In this document: positions 57,173-64,000 of the stretch, one piece after another
How positions within the stretch are numbered: position 1 is the stretch's first letter
Layout: each line of letters starts with the position of its first letter
Made by a program: the position numbers and the translations under genes
Notes under the pieces: generated by a model
What the model was told of the DNA's origin: nothing
The model's database searches: none
Seen by the model: the letters and a program-made list of their open reading frames with translations, nothing else
Virus record (IMG/VR): IMGVR_UViG_3300042883_000765
Length of the DNA stretch: 64,000 nt
Direction: 5' to 3' (one strand)
DNA from: an uncultured virus (IMG/VR IMGVR_UViG_3300042883_000765)
Taxonomy: Duplodnaviria; Heunggongvirae; Uroviricota; Caudoviricetes

Positions 57173-58426
57173 ATGTCGTCCCCCGAACATCTCCTAGTTT
57201 CAAAGATCATCCAAACTGCTGACATTGCAACGCCGTTAAAATCCGGAGTTAAGGAAGAACACTTTTCAGATACATGGCAGGGCGTGTGGCATTGGCTTAC
57301 GGGCTTTTACCGAGAACACAATGCCGTACCGACAGCGCGTGTATTCAAGTCACAGTACGCCGACATCCAGTTGTATGACGCCGAGGCTGAAACATTCTCA
57401 CGACTCATTGAGGAAATCTTTCAGGCGCATACTCAGCACCGTTTGATTGAGGTCATCTCAACAACAATGCCATTGTTGAATGTTGGTCGTACCAAAGATG
57501 CCCTAGACACACTGACGGTTGGTATTCAAACAGCCGCGGTTGAAGTGTCCCGCATGCGGGATATTGACATCATCCAAAACTGGGAAACTCGCGTTATGCG
57601 CTACGAAGAAATGCGTAGCACACCAAACTCCCTGCGCGGTATCCCAACAGGGTTCTTTGGTTTAGACAGAATTACTTCAGGTCTCAGACCGCAACAGTTC
57701 GTTGTATTCGTGGGTGAGCCAAAGCGTGGTAAGTCTTTGTTTGCTCTTATTATTGCTAACTCTTGCCACATCCATGGCAAGATTCCCATGTTCGTTTCGT
57801 TTGAAATGAGCATTGAGGAACAAGAAGCGCGTTACGACGCAATCATCTCCAAGACCCCATTCAACAAGATTCTTCGTGGTGAGTTAGATAACAAAGAAAT
57901 GGAACGCATTCGTCGCTCCCTCATGCAACGCAAGAACATGCAACCGTTTATCTTCAGTGAAGACACCTCGTCACTCACGACTATCTCAGCCCTTACGGGC
58001 AAGGTCAAGGAGTACTCACCTGACCTATTGATCGTTGACGGTGTGTATCTCATGGACGATGAGGAAGGTGAAGCCAAAGGAAGCCCGCAGGCATTAACCA
58101 ATATCACCCGTGGTCTAAAGCGTATGTCTCAGAAACTTGACATTCCTGTTGTGGCAACGACGCAGGCTCTTGGTTGGAAACTTGGTAACAAGAAGACGCG
58201 AGCAATTACTACCGACGCAATTGGTTACTCATCGTCGTTCGTGCAAGACGCAGACCTAGTACTCGGCGTTGAGCGTAACCCTGACTTAGACGATCAAGCA
58301 ATCATTCGCGTAGTCGCGGCTCGTTCCGCACCCACAGGTGAAGTACACATCAAGTGGGACTGGGAGAACATGGACTTCTCGGAGGTGACTGCGGATGGCT
58401 ATGGTGTCGGAGACGCATTTGACTGA
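57173..58426 (+). CDS. dnaB: DnaB-like replicative helicase
   Basis: GIPTGF..LD..GL; GEPKRGKS; SFEMS; LIVDG; QDAD. Confidence 0.93.
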   Translation: MSSPEHLLVSKIIQTADIATPLKSGVKEEHFSDTWQGVWHWLTGFYREHNAVPTARVFKSQYADIQLYDAEAETFSRLIEEIFQAHTQHRLIEVISTTMPLLNVGRTKDALDTLTVGIQTAAVEVSRMRDIDIIQNWETRVMRYEEMRSTPNSLRGIPTGFFGLDRITSGLRPQQFVVFVGEPKRGKSLFALIIANSCHIHGKIPMFVSFEMSIEEQEARYDAIISKTPFNKILRGELDNKEMERIRRSLMQRKNMQPFIFSEDTSSLTTISALTGKVKEYSPDLLIVDGVYLMDDEEGEAKGSPQALTNITRGLKRMSQKLDIPVVATTQALGWKLGNKKTRAITTDAIGYSSSFVQDADLVLGVERNPDLDDQAIIRVVAARSAPTGEVHIKWDWENMDFSEVTADGYGVGDAFD

Positions 58427-59312
58427 TCTTGGGAATGTCCTCAAGTCACTCGGCGTAGATATTCGCCGTGCCGAGGGCAAGGAAATCTCAGGACGCTGTC
58501 CCGTGCATAAGCGCGTCACGGGACGCGATGATGGTTCCCCATCATGGAGCATGAGCGCAGAGACTGGTCTATGGATTTGTTTCTCATGCGGTGCCCGCGG
58601 AACATTGAGCATGCTGGTCTCAGAATTAACTGGAGAACCAGACGCGATTATGGCTGTCCATCATTTTCTGATTGACCGCAACTTAGAAAGACTTACTTCT
58701 GAGGTAGAAGTTGTTAAAAAGAAACCCGAAGTTGATTGGATTTCATTTTCAAAGTTTGGTGCCGCACCCGAAATAGAACTCAGGAAACGAGCAATTGACC
58801 CCGACCAAGCCCGAAGTCATGGTATCCGATGGGATACGGAGCGAGCCGCTTGGATTATCCCCATCGTTAACCAGTTTGGTGACCTACAGGGATGGCAGAC
58901 CAAGGCTAAGGACTGGGTCCGCAACTTCCCAGTTGGTGTCAAGAAATCTGAGAGCCTGTTTGGTATTGAACGCTTCAAGGGCGGTACAGCAATCTTGGTG
59001 GAATCCCCACTTGATGTTGTGCGCTTTGCCAGTGTCTTTGACAAGCCACAAGCCTTAGCGACTTTTGGGGCGGCTGTTAGTTCTAAGCAGATCGGTCTCT
59101 TAGCATCAGTTGCTGACAAGGTAATCATCGCAATGGATAATGATGATGCTGGAAAACAATCATCAAAGAAGTTCTTTAAATCCTTGCCATACTTCCGCAA
59201 AGGTGTATGGTGGTGGGATTATTCGGGAACTACCGCCAAAGATATTGGTGACATGACCAATAATGAAATAGAACTCGGATTAATAAACTCAACGCAAATG
59301 CCGAATTGGTAA
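58395..59312 (+). CDS. DNA primase (CHC2 zinc finger plus TOPRIM)
   Basis: CPVH..PSW..CFSCG; LVES.LD; MDNDDAG; KD. Confidence 0.9.
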   Translation: MAMVSETHLTDLGNVLKSLGVDIRRAEGKEISGRCPVHKRVTGRDDGSPSWSMSAETGLWICFSCGARGTLSMLVSELTGEPDAIMAVHHFLIDRNLERLTSEVEVVKKKPEVDWISFSKFGAAPEIELRKRAIDPDQARSHGIRWDTERAAWIIPIVNQFGDLQGWQTKAKDWVRNFPVGVKKSESLFGIERFKGGTAILVESPLDVVRFASVFDKPQALATFGAAVSSKQIGLLASVADKVIIAMDNDDAGKQSSKKFFKSLPYFRKGVWWWDYSGTTAKDIGDMTNNEIELGLINSTQMPNW

Positions 59313-59351
59313 TCTGCGCGCTATATTTACAAATCAACCCAGGAGGACCAA

Positions 59352-59786
59352 ATGCCCAAAATTATTAGACAAGAACCATCACCGTCTGAGGACAACTACA
59401 TCCAAAGGCTTACCGAGGAATACCTCAAGTCAAAGACCTTCAGTGATTTAGCCACTGCCCGTACCGACGAATTGAAAAAAGAGTTGTCGGCGCTAGTTGA
59501 CACTGATGGATATGCCGACCACAAGGGAAGCAAGTGGATTGAGACCAAGGGTGGTATTCAATTAAAGCGCGAGCGTCGCGTCTCAGTTTCCTTGAACCAT
59601 GAGTCAGCCCGCGAATGGGCTGAGAAGAACGACCTGTGGGATCAGATATCCGTCACCGTTCAGATGTTGGATGAAGATGCCCTCGCTACCGTGGCTTGGG
59701 AACACCCCGAATTGCAATCAGAAATCCAGGAACTGTACTCCGAAAAGGAATCGTGGGCTTTTAAGGTCATTGAACCTAAAAAGTAA
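59352..59786 (+). CDS. Hypothetical protein
   Basis: AGGAGG SD; helical N-terminus. Confidence 0.7.
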   Translation: MPKIIRQEPSPSEDNYIQRLTEEYLKSKTFSDLATARTDELKKELSALVDTDGYADHKGSKWIETKGGIQLKRERRVSVSLNHESAREWAEKNDLWDQISVTVQMLDEDALATVAWEHPELQSEIQELYSEKESWAFKVIEPKK

Positions 59787-59819
59787 TACATGATAACCTT
59801 AAAACAAAGGGAGGCAGTC

Positions 59820-60002
59820 ATGTCTAAGTCAACAACCGATCAAGTACCTCCCGGGAGATGGGAATGTCCGAAATGTGGCTCTCTACTGGAGACGATGATC
59901 CCAACGAACGGACCACCTCTGTGTTCCCGACACACTGGTGGCGTCGTCCCGTTCATAATGACAACCAAGAAGCCCGCGAAGGAGACTCCGAGTTCATCCT
60001 GA
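59820..60002 (+). CDS. Small zinc-ribbon protein
   Basis: GGAGG SD before ATG 59820; CPKC..CSRH. Confidence 0.6.
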   Translation: MSKSTTDQVPPGRWECPKCGSLLETMIPTNGPPLCSRHTGGVVPFIMTTKKPAKETPSSS

Positions 60003-60005
60003 CAA

Positions 60006-60169
60006 TGGATGCAATCGTTAGTCTCTTACGAGTAATTTCTATATGTCCAACTGAAGATTTAGCAAATGCATTATGTGATTCTGAAACTGGTGTTTCATTA
60101 GATGAACAAGAGCGAATAGTCTCATGGTGCGATAATTTGGCTGACGGTATTGTTAGTTACGAGGAATAA
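60006..60169 (+). CDS. Small hypothetical protein
   Basis: MDAIVSLL.. fills the gap. Confidence 0.5.
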
Positions 60170-60171
60170 CA

Positions 60172-60600
60172 ATGGGGATTGACCCAATTGAACTAATGGG
60201 AGGATTACCTGACTGGCCTGGTTCCCGCCCACCTAAAAATAGAGGTAAAAACAAACCAATTGCAGTCAATACTATTAATGGCGCACAATCTAAGAATTAT
60301 CGCATTAATGGCGTAGATGTAGAAATGTTCACAATTGGCGAAGCAGGAAAAGCAATCAACCGATCAGCAAGTACACTAAGAATGTGGGAGCATCAAGGGT
60401 GGATACCAAAGACCAACTACAGGACATCCGCACCTCGGAAATCTCAGTTACCAAACAAAGTACCCAAGGGTCGTCGCCTGTATACTCGCAAGCAAGTAGA
60501 ATTCCTGAAAGACTGTATACAGCGCTTCAACTTGGACGACAGAAACTCCAAGCACTGGAATGACTTTAGACATTACGCAATAACTAATTGGCCCAAGTGA
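60172..60600 (+). CDS. MerR-like HTH DNA-binding protein
   Basis: FTIGE..AINRSASTLRMWE..GWIP..GRRLY. Confidence 0.85.
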   Translation: MGIDPIELMGGLPDWPGSRPPKNRGKNKPIAVNTINGAQSKNYRINGVDVEMFTIGEAGKAINRSASTLRMWEHQGWIPKTNYRTSAPRKSQLPNKVPKGRRLYTRKQVEFLKDCIQRFNLDDRNSKHWNDFRHYAITNWPK

Positions 60601-60735
60601 CTTGGGAAATTATTAAGAAAAACGCGCCGAACAGCAAATCGCAAGATATGCTCGGTCACCAAGAACTTATCGGTCGCCAATAGGCGCCTGACAAGTAACC
60701 AACAAACACAAACACACACACGAGAAAGAAAAATC

Positions 60736-61461
60736 ATGCCCAGATACGATGATGACGACGACGCTTTTGAAAAAGACGAAGTCGCATATGAAGCCCCACG
60801 AAAGTCACGAGCCATTGAGGATGACGATGACGACGATGCCCCCGTGCGTAAGCCCGCAAAAGCGGAACCCGCACCCCGCAAAGTAATTCGCGGTGGTTGG
60901 GAAGGCGTCTCCCAGTTGAAGTCAAGCGTTACCGACTCGTCATACGCACAGCGCCTCAAGATTGCTGAAGAGCCAATCATTATCAAGTTCCTTGAAGCCG
61001 CACCATACGCCGCCTATCGCCAACACTGGATGGAGCGCACTGGTCAGAAGTCATTCACTTGCATCGCCAATATTGATGATCGTGGATGCCCACTGTGCGA
61101 ATCAGGTAACAAGCCCAGCAACAAGTTCGCATTCAATGTGGTCCTGTTGACTCAAGATGAAGAACCCGTACTTCGCTCATACGAAGTTGGCTCACGCGTC
61201 ATTGACCAGTTGAAGAACTTCAATGATGATCCTCGCCAAGGACCTCTGCCCAAGCACTACTGGGCGGTTTCACGCTCAGGCAAGGGTGCGACCACCGCTA
61301 CCAACCATCAGTTGGTAAAGGCTCGTGACCTTGAAGAGGAATGGGGCGTTCAGGACTTGAGCGATGATGAATTAGGCAAGTTTCTTCGGAGTGCTTATAC
61401 GGAAGAGATTATCCCGATTCCCAACCGCAAAGAATTACTCGCCATTTCGTCTGAAGAATGA
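60736..61461 (+). CDS. Single-stranded DNA-binding protein (gp32-like)
   Basis: IKFL..Y.QHW..C...GCPLC; acidic tracts; precedes the polymerase. Confidence 0.75.
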   Translation: MPRYDDDDDAFEKDEVAYEAPRKSRAIEDDDDDDAPVRKPAKAEPAPRKVIRGGWEGVSQLKSSVTDSSYAQRLKIAEEPIIIKFLEAAPYAAYRQHWMERTGQKSFTCIANIDDRGCPLCESGNKPSNKFAFNVVLLTQDEEPVLRSYEVGSRVIDQLKNFNDDPRQGPLPKHYWAVSRSGKGATTATNHQLVKARDLEEEWGVQDLSDDELGKFLRSAYTEEIIPIPNRKELLAISSEE

Positions 61462-63557
61462 GCGTAGATATTCGTAGCGAGGGGAGGGGTCTAACAGCCC
61501 CTCCCCTTGTTGTTTCTACGATTGAAGAAATCCATGAGATCGTTAAGATCGTGCAAAGCGTAGGTGCTTTTGCATTTGATGTGGAGACACGCGGAATAGT
61601 TGAGCGTCATGCTGACGCCATGAATGCATTTAACACTGAACTCAAGCAACACCTAGCCGACATGGTAACTACTTCCCCAGCGGTTAGAGAAGCCACGCAA
61701 GAACGACTGATGGAAAAGTGGCGAGGTATCATCGCCCTTGATCCCTTGCGTAACGAAGTCTTTTGGATTGGTATAGCCACCGATGGTCATTCCTGGGCTA
61801 TACCAATGGGACATTTATGCGGTGAGATCATTGTCCCCGAAGAAGTTGGCGACGGTTCAACCGTTCCCCCTACTGGCTACCGCAAACTAAAAAAGGATGG
61901 GACTGAGTCCGAGGCAAAGATTCGTTACCGTATCCCCGCTGTATTCAGCGCACCACCCGAACAACTATCTCGTTCTGATGTGTTTACAGCATTAGAACCC
62001 TTATTCTCTGACCCAAATATCATCAAGGTGGGTCACAATGTCAAGTTTGACGCCCGCTCTATTCGCAAGTATCTAAATGTTGAGTTACCTTTGTCAGGAT
62101 TTATGGACACGATGCTCATGCAACACATCGTGAATGAGAATCTCCGTGGCTACAGCCTGACAGATTTAATCGCCCACAATTATGACGGGCACGACGCCTA
62201 TTACAAAGAGGGCAAACTCGGCAAGATCATCAATACCGTGGCGTTCTCATCGGCTACCAAATATGTCCACCTAGATGTCCGCTGGACATGGATGCTTTAC
62301 AAGCGACTGTGGAACAAGATCAAGAACAAAGAAGGTCTACGGAACGCCCTTGATCAAGACATGGTTGTACTCCGTGTCATTATGGACATGGAAGACATTG
62401 GTATTCCTGTCAAAAAAAGTGCCATGGTTGTCCTTGGTCGGGAACTGGATGGTCGCATGCGCGATCTCTTAAATGAGATGTCCCAGTTCACCCCCTTAGG
62501 GTTCAATCCCGATAGCAACAAGAGTAAGCAAGAGTTCTTATTTAAAAGCAAAGCAGATGGTGGTCTTGGTCTAAAGTCCCACAAGCAGACTGCCAAGGGT
62601 GCGTCATCTGTTGACGAAGAAGCATTGCGCTTCATTGAAAACGCCCACCCACTCATCCCATTACTACTTGAGTGGCAAGAAGTAAAGAAGATGAAGTCAA
62701 CCTATGTTGACAGCCTTCTTCTAAAGTTGGTCAACAATAGCCTTCACCCCTCATACCATCTCCACAGAACTGCAACTGGTCGCCTGTCTTCTAGTAACCC
62801 CAATCTTCAAAACATTCCAAGAGATTCCAGCATCCGGAGTTTGTTCGTAGCACCAGCCGGTCATACATTGCTCGTGGCTGACTATGATCAGATTGAACTA
62901 AGGGTTATGTGCATGTTTTCTAAGGATAAGAATATGAGTAAGTTCTTCCTTGAAGAGCAGGACATCCATGCTGGCGCTGCCGCCCTTGTCCTAAACAAAC
63001 CAGTCGCTGATGTAACTTCCGAGGAACGACAGTTGGGTAAGGGAGTTAACTTCCTGACAGCGTACGGCGGTGGTGCACAGAAACTTGCTCGCACTACAGG
63101 CATTACTGAAAAAAAAGCAAGAGAAGTAATTAATAACTATTACAAACAATTTAGTGGAATATCTGCGTGGAAGAACACTGAGATTGTAAAAGCAATACAA
63201 CGCGGTTATGTGAGTACTTTGTCGGGTCGTCGTCGTCGGCTACCTGAACTTACAAGTCGTGATGAGGGTTTACGAGCACGAGCAGAACGCCAAGCAATCA
63301 ATGCTATTGTTCAAGGTTCCGCGGCTGATATCTGCAAGATCGCTATGATTGATGTTCACGAAGCACTGAAACCATTCAATGCCAAGATATTGGTACAGGT
63401 GCATGACGAGTTAGTGGTAGCAGTCCCAAATAAGCACATAGAAGAAGCACAAAAAGTAATGGTTCAAGCCATGGGTCAAGACCGAGTTATCGCTGGTATC
63501 CCATTGAAGGTATCCTGTCATTCAGCAAACTCATGGTCGGAGGCTAAGGGAAAATGA
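61458..63557 (+). CDS. polA: Family A DNA polymerase with 3'-5' exonuclease
   Basis: FDVET, HNVKFD, TGRLSSSNPNLQNIP, ADYDQIELR, K.VNF..YG, QVHDEL. Confidence 0.96.
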   Translation: MSVDIRSEGRGLTAPPLVVSTIEEIHEIVKIVQSVGAFAFDVETRGIVERHADAMNAFNTELKQHLADMVTTSPAVREATQERLMEKWRGIIALDPLRNEVFWIGIATDGHSWAIPMGHLCGEIIVPEEVGDGSTVPPTGYRKLKKDGTESEAKIRYRIPAVFSAPPEQLSRSDVFTALEPLFSDPNIIKVGHNVKFDARSIRKYLNVELPLSGFMDTMLMQHIVNENLRGYSLTDLIAHNYDGHDAYYKEGKLGKIINTVAFSSATKYVHLDVRWTWMLYKRLWNKIKNKEGLRNALDQDMVVLRVIMDMEDIGIPVKKSAMVVLGRELDGRMRDLLNEMSQFTPLGFNPDSNKSKQEFLFKSKADGGLGLKSHKQTAKGASSVDEEALRFIENAHPLIPLLLEWQEVKKMKSTYVDSLLLKLVNNSLHPSYHLHRTATGRLSSSNPNLQNIPRDSSIRSLFVAPAGHTLLVADYDQIELRVMCMFSKDKNMSKFFLEEQDIHAGAAALVLNKPVADVTSEERQLGKGVNFLTAYGGGAQKLARTTGITEKKAREVINNYYKQFSGISAWKNTEIVKAIQRGYVSTLSGRRRRLPELTSRDEGLRARAERQAINAIVQGSAADICKIAMIDVHEALKPFNAKILVQVHDELVVAVPNKHIEEAQKVMVQAMGQDRVIAGIPLKVSCHSANSWSEAKGK
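61480..61515 (+). terminator. Terminator-like hairpin inside the 5' end of polA
   Basis: AGGGGAGGGG-N8-CCCCTCCCCT followed by TGTTGTTT. Confidence 0.6.
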
Positions 63558-64000
63558 ACGAAGATTACGAACCACTGAACCACAGAACATTTCTCCTGAC
63601 TATGTCCCCACAAGACGGTCAAGAGATTGCCGAGATGGCTGGTTTCTCGCTTCCCTCAGAAGAAGTCATGGAACAAGAAACCACAGATGTTATGGGTAAG
63701 TGGTTTACCCTAAAGGCTCTCGGACTACTTGACGACATAACTAAGTGCTCTGAATGGGTGTCCCATATCATCCAGTTACAAAATGACCTTGACGAAAAAG
63801 AGGTTGATGTTTCTGTCGCCCTCTTCACTTCGTTTGGTGTCTCACTTATAACCATGCTCTTAGATAACCAAGATATTAAAATATGTGGAGAAATTCCACT
63901 AGTTATTCCACCCGATGCACTCAACCAGATGATCTCAGTGATTAGTATGTTCTCAATTGACCCTCCTGACTTTGACGACGACGACGAAGATGATGGATGG
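63554..64000 (+). CDS. Hypothetical protein, truncated by the window end
   Basis: ATGA overlap with polA; reads MNEDYEPLNHRTFLLTMSP... and is open to the end. Confidence 0.7.
   Translation, partial: MNEDYEPLNHRTFLLTMSPQDGQEIAEMAGFSLPSEEVMEQETTDVMGKWFTLKALGLLDDITKCSEWVSHIIQLQNDLDEKEVDVSVALFTSFGVSLITMLLDNQDIKICGEIPLVIPPDALNQMISVISMFSIDPPDFDDDDEDDGW

Noticed and set aside
23559..63557. Inteins or introns in terminase, DnaB or PolA
   Set aside because: Sizes are normal and no splice-junction motifs were seen; the PolA exonuclease inserts are short and lack intein features
1..64000. tRNA or rRNA genes, integrase, transposase
   Set aside because: None recognised by eye; tRNAscan-SE would be needed to exclude tRNAs formally

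Overview
The window is a 64-kb segment of a contractile-tailed dsDNA phage genome with no host genes. An actinobacterial host is inferred from the TANNNT leaderless promoters and from gene families and order resembling actinobacterial myoviruses. Layout: (1) 1-2100, a visibly GC-rich leftward block marked by a repeated 17-bp palindrome, plus a possible structured RNA; (2) 2100-3200, a non-coding divergence region with G/T tracts and palindromes; (3) 3200-13800, accessory genes including ParB-like, GNAT-like paralog array, methyltransferase, ART-like and mucin-like membrane proteins; (4) 13800-22300, tail fibres, a displaced spike-like gene and endolysin; (5) 23500-52800, terminase, portal, scaffold, capsid, neck, sheath, tube, tape measure and baseplate, with SAM-lyase-like, HhH-like and phosphoesterase genes inserted; (6) 52900-54700, a leftward cassette of Dps and small basic proteins; (7) 54900-64000, replication genes (initiator with internal iterons, DnaC-like loader, DnaB, primase, SSB, PolA). 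The most intriguing signal is a set of unrelated effector-like proteins that share short xxQF and QLxLF-type tags. All family assignments come from motif recognition by eye, not from database searches.
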